Part shown: positions 38,903 through 52,309 of the stretch, one piece after another
Numbering within the stretch: the first letter of the stretch is position 1
Layout: each line of letters starts with the position of its first letter
Assembly: GCA_965235115.1 (NCBI GenBank)
Contig: OZ249436.1
Span: forward strand, 9,798,001 to 9,862,000
Source: Laetmonice hystrix
Taxonomy: Eukaryota
Length of the DNA: 64,000 nt
Reading direction: 5' to 3'
Notes under the pieces: model-generated
Database searches by the model: none
The model's input: only the letters and a program-made list of their open reading frames with translations
What the model was told of the DNA's origin: nothing
Program-made: the position numbers and the translations under genes

Positions 38903-41900
38903 TCAATTTTTCTTGACTTTGAAAAATCCACCTGTTGTTGAAAAATATTTTTGGTTTGCTTCCTGGACACGTGTCTCTGCAGCCTGTGGGTTCACGATTT
39001 CCAGACCCTGTTGAGAAACAAAATCAAATCCAAACATGACAGGAAAATATTGAATAAGTATTTTACAGGAAAAATACACAATGTTAGGAAGACCTTGCAC
39101 AGATAAGAACCCCTTTCTTTATTTCAAAATACAACATATGGATTTCCTTGATGGTTTAATACATATATAAGTCAGTCTCAATGTTTTACAGATCCTTTTG
39201 TTGGCATATTCAATTCAATATTTCTATCCATTTACTTTGTCAATCTCTTCTGTATAACTTCTCTTATATGTACCAGTCATTGACCATAAAATTGCATTTA
39301 CTTTACATTTTCAAGCACCCCCTGTAATCAACAACTAAGAGGACATTTCAATTTAAATATATTACAAATATTAAGATTTGGGTTTTGAACATTTCCGGTC
39401 TAAAGGGCAAGCCACACTACTGATTTCTAGTGGAAAAAGATCCTAATACATGTATATTTACCTGTAAAGGCGTGAATGCTACACTTGATGCTGTGCCAGA
39501 TATTTGTTTTTTCACTGTTGTACTTCCACCCCAAGTTTGATTCTGCTTAGCCAATTTTTGCTGAAAGCACCAAGAATATGAATTTGCATCACACTTGATT
39601 AAAAGTATAGAACTACATTAAAATTATAATACTGTTAAAGGTAACAATTATGATTATGTAGTCTTATACAACTCTCAGAACCTTCAAATTCTGACTTCAC
39701 AAGTTTCAGATAGGAAAACTTTCTAACTTTTACATGTTAGAAATACAAGGGGGAAATATTCTTATTGTCTGTGGGTATTATCTACTGATCTCATTAGAAC
39801 AATTGAGGGTCTGGACTGAACTGAAAGAAATTGTTTTTACCTGGAGTGATTTTGACACTTTAGCTTTTGTTTTGGAGTCGACTGGGGGACCTCGGATCCG
39901 ACCTGAATTTTTCTTTCCTAGTGTACCAAGGGAGAAGCCAAGGTCTTCTTGGTAAGCATCCTCTTCAATCTGTTGTCAAAGAAAACCCAATCATGTATTC
40001 AAAGGTTGGGTGATGCCGAGGGGTTCGGGAAGTCCGGCAGACAAGGCAGGATTACTTTACTTGTCTGCTATTTCAGCCTCCACTAGTATATTAAACACTG
40101 GGATAAGTACTGTAGTTATGCCTTGCTAAGTGACTGATCATTATTATTCTGACCTGCCACCTCTGTTAACCTACTAATATAAAATGCACATAATAAAAAA
40201 AATATTCCCATTGACAAAGCATCTACCATCATGCTGTGATGTCAAACCTTTGTACAAAGTTTCAGTGATTAATGCCATTAAGCTGTGCCAACAACATTAT
40301 GTAGTACATCTTACCTCTGCAAAATTCATTCTGTTTGCCATCTTCCTCATATCTGTCATACCAAGCCTTTCCTTCATTTTTCGATACCTGAAAAAAGCCC
40401 AATTTCAACAACAAATTAACTTAGTAATGTTTAAGTACATGCTGTTTACTGGCATTCGACTGGAACCTGCTTGAGTTATAAGATATGCATCTTGCAGAGT
40501 TTTGAATTTAAAACCAAACTTTTAAAATTATAAATAAATTTAGGATTTTGCTGAACTGACGAAAGATTTGATAATCTTGTACTTTTGATATTTTAAAAGT
40601 TTTCAAATCTTGCCTTCGACCACCTCTTTTCTTGCGTGAAGGATCAATAGGAGCTGGAAGGGGTTTGATTGTTTTCACGGGTGGTGGCTCCTGTAGTTTC
40701 TCCAGTTTTCCTTCAATGTCAGTTTTCAGAATCGTCCCCGTTTGTGCGTCGCTGTTCTCATGGAAACTATCGACACGGGCAGCAAGAGTACATTTTGCTG
40801 CTACCAATCGTGCAGCCTTCTTTCTGAGGTCCTAAAAAAGATTTATTTTCAGACATTTGATTTCCCCAGATCTAGTTACTAATCTATTATTTAACATTCA
40901 AAACTTTTTTCTCAGCCTCAAATAGTGATTTTGCCCTTCAATTACAAGAATATGTTACAGAAAAGATACAACTTGATTTGAAGTATTTCCTGTCGTACTG
41001 ATTTAAAATTTGTCAGTTTTCTGATTACAGGTTCACTTTCCAAAGGATGTGTCAAAAGGTTTGTGAGATACTTACTGGAGGTGTTTTCTGTACAATATCA
41101 CTGTAGTATACAAATCCTGTATGGGGCATGATTGCTGTGCTAGAAAATCCAGAGAGCGTCTTTTTCTGAGACCCCAAAACCAACACATTACATGCAGGCA
41201 TCTTGGAGAGATTTGTCAGTCCACCTGCTTGGCCTAGAAAAAATAAACTTGTATTACCCAAAGGCATCCAAACCACCACCAAAACGCCAGTAACCCCCTA
41301 AAATACACCAATTACATGAGATTTATATGGTTAGATATCTAGGGAAGATCATATACATTTTCCATTGAACCATACAAGGTTTACATTTTATCAGTCACAT
41401 GAAGTGCTTACTGGTAGTTTTAATTATCAAATTCCTTAGCATTGATTTAAATAATATACCCATGATTTTGGCTGCAGTTGAGGCACCGACGATGATTGAC
41501 AGGTTTGGAGCAATGAATCCCATTCTAGATTCCACATAGTCAAAGATCGTTTTCTTGTAATCAGTCAGCTCAATGGACTGGAAAATTAAAGACATATTGT
41601 ATTGTAATGAAAAATTAATACAAAAAAGAAGTAGAATTATTTTGATGTACCACTTTTTCCTAATATATGTTGTCATGACTATGTAAGAAAATCTCTTCCA
41701 ATGATAAAACTGAGCTTACATACCATATCACAGGCTTCCAGAAGGATATCAAGTTCTTGTTGTGTCAATTCAGATCTGAAAGAAATTTTACTACATTGTA
41801 TGTGGAGCCAGGAAAATACAAGGTATTTTTTAGGGGAAACAAAAAGCATAAATATGATCAATGTCAGGGTAACTGAGCACTATTCATTTACTGCTCATTC

Positions 41901-43553
41901 AGCCTTTTGAGGATTTCAAATATAACTGCAAAGGAGGGCCACTTATAAAACAAATGTTTAAAAAAATTACCCTTACCCTTGTGTGGTAGAAGCTGTAACA
42001 GATACAACCATTATGGTTGCCGGTGTAAGAATCTCTTGCAATACTTCACTCTGCTTGGATTTCTCAATGCTGTTGCCCAGCTCCTGCAATTGATGCAATG
42101 TTTTTATTAAAACTCAAAATAATAAAAATAATATAAACAATAAAGACATCTGCCTCTAAAAGTTTAGTTAGGATTCCAAAACAGAACAACATTCAATAAA
42201 CAGTTCTATATGTACTTTGATGATTACTAAAACACTGTATAGGTTGCATCAGTTCACTCAGCATAGATCAAATATATCTTGTCAATCAGTCAGCAAGCCA
42301 TGTAAGACCAAGCCAGAGGCCTTTACTTTTTACCTTGATCGAAAAAGCTTTTAAATTTTACTGATAAGACCAGAATGCAATCCAATAACCTCTAATGACC
42401 TGAACCAAGCAACAAGTAATCAAAATAACAAGTAGATCTCACCTTTACTGTTTTAACATACTCTAATGAAGTTTGGACAAGGGATTCCAACTCTGGGAAA
42501 CGTTTGTAGTAGAGGTCTCTGACGAATTTGTGAATGACAGCTGTTGATGGGAAAAACATTCTATTATGAGTGTCTATTTTTCAATTATTCAGGCAGCCAT
42601 TCTGCTCAATTTAGATGAGCTGTAGGTGTATGAGAGTTTTAAAGCGTAATGATCTGTTAAAACATCTATAAAAGTTTTAATCTTTATTAATTATTAACTC
42701 ACTTATTTCATTGTCTATCTCCACTGTGATATTGTTAGCCTCTACAATTAACTGATATTCTGGGTCAGCCTCCACAGGACTTGTCACTAAAACAACAAAA
42801 GGAACACCAACATTTTGAAACATTTCTCTAATGTCACAACGACCCTACTACACTGGCATTCTTGCTTAAATTGAACTGTCTCTTAGGAAATGTCCACTCC
42901 ATTTTATCTACTTTACTGTAAGCTGTAAGCTATGTTTGACTGATACATGATACACCCCAATATGCTCAGCCACTCAGATAATACTTCTGTTTCAAAATTA
43001 TGCTATGTTGGTAATATCACATGAAGAAATTGATTCTTGTACACATAAAGTTAACTTACATTTCCTGCCACCAGCTTTACGATAATATTCAATCTGGGCC
43101 AATATTTCTTTCAGCTGTAATATAAAATCATATTTCTGAAATACTTGGCATGACAGATTAGAAAGTCTTACTAGCGAGTACACCCCAAAAGATATAAATA
43201 ACAATAAGACACCTAAAATAAGATGAAAATCAGCAACTTATTAAACCCCCTGCATTTCTGTACAAGTATTTAGGTATGTGGAACATAAGGGCAGTAATAT
43301 AACACATGTCACATACTGTTTTCCTTTATCTGATTCTGACTCTGTAAAAGATTAACCATGGCAGGGAATTAAAGTTGTTCACCTCATCACTGTCCCTTAG
43401 TTTTGCAATATTTCGAACAGACTGCTGCAAATTTTCAACTTCCATGGGAACCTCTGCCACTTCTGGCACAACCTCTGGTTCCGGTTCATCTGGCTGCTCA
43501 ACTTCTTCCCCAGCATCCTCGAGGTCTGCTAGTAATTCATCTGCTAAAGACAT
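38903..43553 (-). CDS. PRPF31: U4/U6 snRNP protein Prp31, complete, 13 coding exons, about 488 aa
   Basis: Exons 43553-43383, 43114-43060, 42786-42703, 42540-42443, 42083-41977, 41775-41724, 41577-41460, 41233-41076, 40831-40614, 40387-40315, 39969-39841, 39560-39462 and 39007-38903 join in frame (1467 nt). Motifs: [81 protein letters not shown]. Confidence 0.98.
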
Positions 43554-44741
43554 AACTGTTCTGAAAAACAAAAAGAAATCGATATTTATTAGTTTGGATC
43601 TCGATACCAGCACTAGGTGGCGAAAAACTTTGTTGCCAACATTCCAACATTGTCCTAAGTCTGGTGAATACTACTAGTACTAGTATAACAGCCAGGCTAG
43701 AATATTTTGGAAGCCAAAATGATACAGCCAAGATTGTTTGCTTTTTGAAGGCTAGGGGGGAGTTGTTTCAGCTTTCTATAATGATGCGGTTGTCTGCTAG
43801 GTGTGTATAGGTGTTGAAGAGAAAGTGAGATGGCACCTTGGTCAAGGGGCACTGCAATTGTGGCCGTGGACAACTTTTATAACTTATATAGTTATAAGGG
43901 CACCAAGGCATATCAAGCGACTGTCCCAAGGCAAATCTATAAGGGGCATTAGGAAAACGATGCCATAACCATTACAACAATGAGTCAATTTTAAGGATGG
44001 GACCTGAGGTGTGGGTTTCACATTCTTCTTTTTTTGAGAACTAAATTTAACCGTTTTCTCCAATGGTTTGAGAGTGACTGCAGGATGAGTAAGAAGAGAT
44101 CGATTACAAATGACTGTACAAAAATGGAAGTTAAATAGAGCGCAGCGCGGTCAACGTGCGATGACCCAGTTTATCAGGTGTGCATATTTCTGACCTCTAT
44201 AGTAGGGATCCGGAACTGACCTCATAAGTAGGTTGCGCTACCTGTTCAAGCAGCTTAGATGTTGATGACATGGAGTGAAGCAACCTAACATTACTAGTCC
44301 TGAGCGATCTAACTTTTATTAGTCCGAGAGACTTTGACCTAGACAGAGCCTGTCGATCTAACTTTTAAGAGTTTTATCAGTTTTCGGTCACTCGGTGCGC
44401 CACCGATGCCTGACTGAGCCACGGATCCAACTTGCTGCTAAACAACTGGACCGTGTGGACGTTATATTTGTTCAATAATCATAATCAAGGTCGGAATAGA
44501 AATTTCAATCCGATGGCTCTCTGTAAAAATCGATTTGATGCTGAGTGGAAGAAGTTTAGTACCAAAACGAAGGTCGCCGTTGCAATAGCAGACCTCTTCG
44601 CAGCGCGTTCAAAAATCTCTGGGCCAGGGTAACTCGACAACTAAACCGTGTTATGGAAGACACCGCTTAGAGACTGAATTAGAGCCAGACACGCCAATTT
44701 GGTCAATCGGCAACGTTACATAGCGATAAATCTTGTCTTAC

Positions 44742-45225
44742 CTGGTGCTTAAATTAACAAGAATTTGACATTTATTTGTCGCAATATCTTCCTAAAAGCT
44801 TTTATTTGAAAGGAGAAATATCGACTGCAGAATGAAATGTACACTTGGGACATGTCACATGGCGCGTATGGAACACATTGGAGTCTCTCACTTCTACACT
44901 TCCAAAATAAAAACAGTACAAAAACAACATCATCCATTATCGCCCACGGCACTGGACCGGGATGGACACCACCACACTGAGGGTTATGCAAAACATTTCA
45001 AGGCGTATCCCTACTGAGCTGCAAGTATGTGTCTTACTTTTTTAAATACAATTAACGTTAAATACTAACTCTTCTCTGGCCTTCTCTGCTTGAACACCAC
45101 GTTCGTGCTCGCTATCGTCCTCGTCTCACTGTGCGATCGTTCACGACAACGTTTTCCGGTGTCTCACGATGATACGTCCTTCTTCTTCTCACGGTTTCGT
45201 TTCATGAACTCTCGCCAGGGTAACA
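44742..45225 (-). other. PRPF31: Two candidate 5' UTR exons of PRPF31 (about 45225-45070 and 44824-44742)
   Basis: Donor A|GTTAGT at 45070, acceptor TTTCATTCTGCAG| at 44824 and donor CAG|GTAAGA at 44742. The ATG exon has an acceptor at 43560, so at least one upstream exon is expected. Confidence 0.55.
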
Positions 45226-45460
45226 AAAAAGTCTCCGAGAGGGACCATAGAATCTATTTTTACACTCTAAGCATTTCTTAATTCTGAAAAAAGGGGATAT
45301 AGTGTACAAGTCATAATATGTCTTAAATATATCTTTCCCATAGATCTATATGGAGAACGTAAAATAAGCGGGGGTAAAAGAAGACAGCAGGGGATATTTT
45401 TCTGTTGACCGGAAGCAGTAGACTACAGTCCTGTGCTGTGGAGCTGTGCAGCTCATCCAG
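45225..45460. promoter_or_regulatory. Compact bidirectional promoter region shared by PRPF31 and TAB1
   Basis: Divergent genes; ETS motif CCGGAAG at 45409-45415 and GACTACA at 45421. Confidence 0.6.
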
Positions 45461-45461
45461 A

Positions 45462-48400
45462 ATGTCTACACATCATTTACCTGTCGGCTCACCTGGGACG
45501 TCTCCCTCGAGGGGTCAAATGGTATATTGAATCACTGTTTAATAATTGCCAGACTTTATTTACTACTCCTTAATTAAATGTGGGTTCTTTGGAACTAACT
45601 CCCTAAGTGCCTAGCCCTAGCCCTAACTTCGGCGTCTTCGCGCACTTGTCTTGACTTAAGCCCAGGCTAAGCCTAACCCTAAGCCTAGGCCTAGCTAAGC
45701 CTAAGCTAAGCCTGAAAGAGTACTGGTTGCACATATATACCCACCTGATCGCCCGATCCAGGAGGATTGGGTCGGTTAGTCGGCATATATGCAATACATT
45801 TAGACTGGGTCGCGGAAAGGGGCCAGTCAGGTCGGGGAATCGGCGGTCGGGCAAAGCATGACATGTCAGACTTTGCCCGACTGAGTCTGCCGTTTGGGTC
45901 GCGAATGGGATATGTGCAACCGGGTTGGGCGTGCATGAAATCGGTTAGTTGAGTGTATTTTCAGCCGGCTAAAAAGACATCTTTTATTAATCTATGTCTG
46001 TGACTTCCGGACATATGTCACGTCACAACAAGGACATTTGACGTATTTCATCCCTGGCCTAGGACATGGGCCTATCGATCCGATTCCCTTATCCCTGTCC
46101 TCAAAAACCAAAATGGGCTGGCAAGCCATAAAATAATCGTCTGCTCCTTGGTGTCTTGAATTGAAACCTCCCATCTTTACTACAAGGTCAGGGTCAAAAG
46201 AGACATGCAAAACAATCGATTTATTCGATATATCTGACGTTTGCCCAATCGAATTTTGACATCAGTCGTTATATCTGAACACTCCCGTCACTAAACAAGA
46301 TCAACCCAACTGAACGATCCGACCTGGTTGGGTCGGTCGGTCGGTCGGGGATCGGGCGGTTGGAACGGTATACATGTAATACATGTGCAAACGGCCTAAG
46401 ACTCTCATGATAATAGGCCTTGTTTTCCTGCACAAGAGTAGCGGCTATGATTTTTTTAAAATAATGGAATGAACAACAATATTGTTGGCTTTAATTTACC
46501 CTTACGCAATGTTTATAGGCTATCCGATTAACCTTGTTTTTAAGGTCAAGGGTCGAGCAGTGTCAGAATTTATACACCCCCAATTCAATGGGCGACTCGT
46601 AAACATCTTGTTCTGCATGGTGGCAGCACTGTGAGTGTCGCACCAGTCCTCGCTCCAACAACAGATTAGATAAGACGATGAAATGCCAAGCTGTATCACC
46701 AAGATTCAGAAATTTAAGCTTTTAAATTTAATGTTGGTTTCCTCCTGCAGGATCATAGTTTGAGCTGGACTGATGATTTACCTGTGTGCCATCAGTCAGG
46801 AGTTGGCTTTTCAACAAATCAAATTTATCGTGAAGATGGATTTCGAAAAGAGGAACATGAGTTTGAAGATAGAAGCATTCATTTCAGGTGAGTAGTTGTT
46901 TGCATGCTTTGGCATTGTATTCATAATGGCCCATTGTCAGAGACTAAAGATGCAGAGAGAAAGTGGTCGCTAGTGGCGGGTGGTCGCCTAAACGAGGAGT
47001 CGTTAAGTACGCATGGTTACCACCAGGTGGCTACATATGAGATAACTACACACATGGCCGTATGCAAGAACGTATTTAACCTCGAGGTTAACCCAGTCTG
47101 TGGGTTAACTCGTTAACCCGGTATGCAAGAACGTAAAAATTGTCAGGGTTAACCCGTTCTCTGGGTTAAAGTTAACCCTGCTACCTTAGTAGGGTTAACC
47201 CACAGAAACATGGAGGCCGTGAGTGTCGATTGCCTCTGAATACTTGCCTATCACCAAGCCTACGAGTCATAGACACGCTTCAAGTTCCGTTTCTAACTTG
47301 CTGAGATACCGTTCCTACAGCCCGACCCATTTTGCCATCTCTTTGCTGACTAAACAAGAGGCCACAATGACGTGAATCGAGACAAGTCTGTGACATAGCA
47401 GTCCAACGTCACAGTCAGCTTGGGCGATTTATTGTGACGTCACAGTAAAGATCACGTCAGAATTGATATCTCTGTACGTTACCGCAAGATGCCGCTTGAC
47501 TGTGACTGGCGAGTTTATCCTAAACAGCCAAATGCAGCACCATTTTTATTGCAAGTTGGTTGCATTTGAACTATTTTTTTGTTACTGATTTAAATATGTC
47601 AGGTAAACCAAGTTTCCTTCTATTTTAAAGGTCGAAACCACCATTAGGCTGTATGGAAAATACAGATTACGATGGAGTGATACGGAACGAAATTGACTGA
47701 CTTAACCTGGTGATTTTGAGTTAACCCAGAGACGAGGTTAAACCAAAGTGTGGGTTAAGCCATTCTCCGGGTTAACTCTCACCACTGTTCTTGCATACGG
47801 CCAACAGTTAACACTAGGTGGCGACTTCTCAGTTAGAGGGAGGGGACAAAGAGGGGGGCACGTATGGAGTTATTCTTGCCAAATAACCCCCCCCCCCCAC
47901 ATGACAACATGACACAGTTTCAGTTTAGAGAGATATATAGAGCATATATGTAGGAAATCGTACTCTGCACCTGTGTATACATGAGTCTGGTTTGCCTCAG
48001 ACATTTTGTTGCTTCAACCAGCCAGTTGGTGACATACCGTTTTTTCAACAGGCATGGTAGTAGGAGGGGGGCAAAACCGTTAGCTTAATGTGTGATGGAA
48101 GGTTGGGCCATGTGATGGAAGTCGGGCGGGTAAGGTGAGACACGTGGCCGGCCATGGTGGGATGGAAGTGGGTTGGGGGGGGGGGAGGTGTTGGTGTTGG
48201 GTCAGCAGGGTGCCAGGCAGGCGGGCATGGGGAGACAACAGTGTTATGACTAGCCACTGCTGGCTGATTCTCAAAGGCTGGTCGCTGATAAGGGGTGACC
48301 AGTGGAGTTGGTGCAGGGATATGCCGGTCGCTGGTCGTTAGTGCCGTGGTCGCTTATAAGGGTGGAATTATAGTGTGAAGTGGTTAATGCAATGGAAATG

Positions 48401-51059
48401 TGGTCGCTAGAGGCGGGTGGTCGCTTATAAGGGGTGGTCTTTAAGAGGGGGATCACTGTACCAGCATATTTTTACATTTGGTAACAATAATTGTTATTAA
48501 TATGATCCTTTTCAGTGTTGAGGACAACATTTCATTATATGGAGTGTTTGATGGTCATGATGGAAGCAGAGTATCCAATTTTGCTGCTCAACGCATGCCA
48601 GCTGAGCTGCTTCTGGGACAGCTCAGTGACAAGACTGAAGAGGCCCAGATCAGGGATATACTTCAACAGGTATATTGGCATGACATTATAACCACAGTTA
48701 TGTGCCAACTGTTAGCCACCTCAAAAGGAATGATTTACAGCTGGTTCTCGAATCTCAATATACAATTAGTAATTTTAGTATACACTCCCTTGAGCAGATG
48801 TAATTTTATGGGCATGCTTTCTAGTCAAGCAGTGTAAGTTCTGTGCCATTCAAATATTGTTACATCATATTTTTCTTTGTTGAAGGCATTCATCGCAGTA
48901 GAAAAGGGATTTGTTGATTCTATTGATGACCTCCTGGCTGAGAAGCTGGACCTCATGTTGCATGTACCTGATGTAAGTGAAGAAAATGTAGATGTGCCAT
49001 CATAATGAAACTAAGGGGGCAAAATGATCAAATATATGACTTTAAATAACAATTAAATAACAATTTGGTCAAATAGTACTTAGCAAAAGCTTTTTGTGTG
49101 AACAAATATAGATATTTTTGAATATTTATCTGTTGCAGGGTGTGAAGCAATATGAGCTTTACAACAAGTACCCAGAATTGTTCAAGCGACTAGAATCTGT
49201 TGAAGCGGAAATATCAGGAGGAACCACTGCTGTCGTAGCTCTGATTAAGGACAATAAGCTCTATATTGCTAATGTTGGTAAGTACTGCTAGTGGCAAATG
49301 AAAGAAACCACTTTGTCCTGGAAAATTTCGCCTTTTGAGTCGACCGAGGTTAGTCAACAGACTTTTGGTGGGGGAGGGGGTGTAGCTTAGTGGTAGATTG
49401 GTTGGGGAAAAACCAGCCAGAAAACTATTGGGGGGGACAGTATCTGAATTTTTGGGTGGAGTCCCCCCCCCCCTAGAAATGGGTCTGCCAGAAACCCTGT
49501 TCTATTACATGGTCTATCTGGAAGGCAGTGGCCAGTAGGAAGGGGAGGGAGGGGGCCTGAGATTAAAAAAAAATGCCTTTGTTGAAAAACATGTGAAAGT
49601 GTTTAATGGGGTTCTCATGGCTCTATACCTTGTCATGATGTTCTCCAACACCTGCAGGATTCAATCAAATACAGATGTTGAAACACTGACTGATGTGAAT
49701 ACCTTTTTTTCTGGTAGGATTCAGCCGAGCCTTGCTGTGTACAACAGAATCTGACGGTGTGCTGAGAGTGGTGCAACTCTCAGTGGATCACAGCGTAAGT
49801 AATGAGGCTGAACTGATGCGACTTGCCAACCTGGGAACAGATGTAGAGACACTGGTCAAAATTGGCAAGATTGGAACACACAACAGTTACACACGCAGTA
49901 TTGGTGATCATGATCTGAAGACGAGGATCCGGGAAATGGAATGTTTCAGGTCAGTCAGATTTGTCAATACATTATCAGTGGTATCACCTACAGTCTTATG
50001 GAGTAATAAACGATGATCCAGGCAAAAAAAGTGTGATGATCAGCATCAGCATTTGAATATATATAGATCCCTGGACCCCATTCAGACTTTTCATGGCTGT
50101 AGACTGACACAACATTGAACTCTTTCCTACCATTTGATATTTTAAAATAGTGACTTTTTCACACCTTGGTGGGTCCATAAAGTGGATTCTGTGATTTTTC
50201 CAGCAATGTGACCGGGGACCCTGTTATAGCTGAGCCACATGTGACTGAGGGACTTCTGTTGAATGAGTCGTGTCGATTCTTGATCTTGATGTCGTATGGT
50301 CTCTACAAGAGCTTGGAGGATGCTCTGGGAACAGAGCACGTAAACCGGGAAATAGCATCCATGGTGGCTACCGAGTTTGGCATCCAGTCCACCCTCAATG
50401 GTGTGGCGCAGGCAGTTGTGGACAAGATCGTGCGGCTACACCACGACACCTTCATGACAAACACTGGTCACCGTAAAGCTCAGTGTCAGAAACGGAAGGA
50501 TATAACTCTGCTGGTGCGGAACTTCAACTACCCGTTACCAAATGCCATAAGCAGCCCAACAGTGGGATGTAATATAAACCCTCTTGTGACCTCACTGGCA
50601 GAGCAGCGTCGTAGATTCATCGACAACCTGAACGAACCCCTCTCTGTGATCATACCTCCCCCAGAATCCAAATCATCTCCACCTAATTCCCGACCCATGT
50701 TCCCATTCCTTACCAATTCCAGTGTGACCAACACTAACTCACACACCCACACCAATGCAAACACAAATTTGTCCAACCTAACCAGCACTTACACGAATAG
50801 CAACGAATCAAATCTGAGTGGTGATGAGGCACCATTTCAAAGATCTGCACGTCTTGCAGAAAACATAGAATTGGATGCTGATGGCAGAGTCGGTGCTTAT
50901 GTTGATTTCTCAGATTTTTATAAGGCGATCGAGGAAATGACAGAGGCACAGCGTGAGTCGTTCAGTGCTACATCAGAGCCCAAACCTGCATACGAGACAA
51001 TTCCCGAGGAGCCTATGTCTCCGGGGACTGCTTTTTTACACGACGAGTCCTCGGCATAA
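45462..51059 (+). CDS. TAB1: TAK1-binding protein 1 (PP2C-fold pseudophosphatase), 7 exons, about 554 aa
   Basis: Exons 45462-45521, 46751-46887, 48516-48669, 48886-48972, 49139-49277, 49718-49949 and 50204-51059 join in frame (1665 nt). Motifs: SWTDDLPVCH, FAAQRMPAELLLGQL, GVAQAVVDKIVRLHHDTF, DITLLVRNFNYPL and C-terminal DGRVGAYVDFSDFY. Exon 1 is the least certain. Confidence 0.95.
45603..46397. mobile_element. Repeat remnants in TAB1 intron 1: telomere-like TAAGCC/TAACCC run plus a Harbinger-like MITE
   Basis: Hexamer variants at 45603-45712; TTGCACATATATACC (about 45728) versus TACATGTGCAAACGGCC|TAA (ends 46397); CpG-rich GTCGG motifs between. Confidence 0.5.
47056..47802. mobile_element. 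Harbinger-like MITE in TAB1 intron 2
   Basis: Perfect 16-bp TIRs GGCCGTATGCAAGAAC / GTTCTTGCATACGGCC with many subterminal GGGTTAA(C) motifs. Confidence 0.85.
48275..48458. mobile_element. Tc1/mariner-type MITE end with GGTCGCT repeats
   Basis: Repeated GGTCGCTTATAAGGG motifs ending CACTG|TA; a related fragment lies at about 46960-47000. Confidence 0.55.
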
Positions 51060-51785
51060 GTTCAGCTCGGTGCCACATCTGACATACCAACAGGTACATT
51101 ATAACATGTTAAAATAAATGTTGGCATACGTTGTAAATTTTGTATATAAACATGAATATGGAATTCATCTTAGAAAAACTAGATGAAATCCCAAGAAATT
51201 TTACTTGGAATATATCAAATTATAATCCACATGGAGATGTTTCTCGGAGTGCATTTTCCTTGGAATTTCTTATATGGAATTTAAGAAAAGTTTCTCAAAT
51301 CTTGAGTGGGAAGCTGTCGGCTGTAAGTGCTCAGATTCAGGCCATCTAGACACCCTACCTATCATCTACCACATCATGACTGAGACAACAGGTGACGCTT
51401 TGATTCAATGTATGTCGTGAAATCGTAGTAATCACTTGTTGGAAACCTGAGAGCTTTAGCTACGTACGTGGATTCTTCATGACAAGATTATAGAGACGTG
51501 GTCTTTCATTGAAACATGGTGCTACTGAGAGTCCTCACCACAAACTTTGGTGACAAATGTATGCTTGTGTATATAAGGGTGACCCAGCAAAATTTAGGGT
51601 GAAATATTTCATGATTTAATCAGAATTCATTTTGGTATGTACCTGTGTGTAAAAAAAAAGAAGTTGAAATAAATTATTATGACTAGTAGTTAGAAGTACT
51701 ATGTAAACTCCCATCCTGAATTTTGCTGGGGCACCCTATATGTGTATGTATGAAGCTGTGCTCGATAATAAATATGAGGACTTAA

Positions 51786-52309
51786 AGGGAGTCGTAAAAT
51801 TCATTTTTTCGATTTATGGCAGTCTTAGAAACATGATTCGCATACCTTGGACTCCCAGTAACATTATGTGAGACTGTTTTGGCCCAGCGACCAGTATTTA
51901 GTAAGGAAAATATGCCAAATCTCTCGCAAATACGTAGCTCAGAATTAGCGAGCGGCCCACAGGATATTTGAGTTGGCCGCGGTCGGGCGATGATGACGCG
52001 TGATCACGTGACTTCCGGGTGGTGAAGGGAATCTCCCTCTAGTCTAGCATTGACCTAAATACTGCATGTACACCCGGAAGTCACGTGATCACGCGTCATC
52101 ATCGCCCGGCCGCGGCCAACTCAAATATCCTGTGGGCTGCTCGCTAATTCTGAGCTACGTATTTGCGAGAGATTTGGCATATTTTCCTTACTAAATACTG
52201 GTCGCTGGGCCATAACAGTCTCACATGATGTTACTGGGAGTCCAAGGTATGCGAATCATAATGTTTCTAAGACTGCCATAAATCGAAAAAATGAATTTTA
52301 CGACTCCCT
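51786..52309. mobile_element. Palindromic (foldback) Kolobok-like element
   Basis: TTAA|AGGGAGTCG...CGACTCCCT|TTAA. Arms 51786-52021 and 52071-52309 are nearly perfect inverted copies around a 49-nt spacer. Confidence 0.92.

Noticed and set aside
38903..43553. Intronic snoRNAs in PRPF31
   Set aside because: No convincing C/D box pair with a terminal stem was seen by eye; a covariance-model search would be needed to exclude them.
49378..49402. tRNA-like start GGGTGTAGCTTAGTGGTAGA
   Set aside because: No T-arm, B box or acceptor stem follows; at most a repeat fragment.
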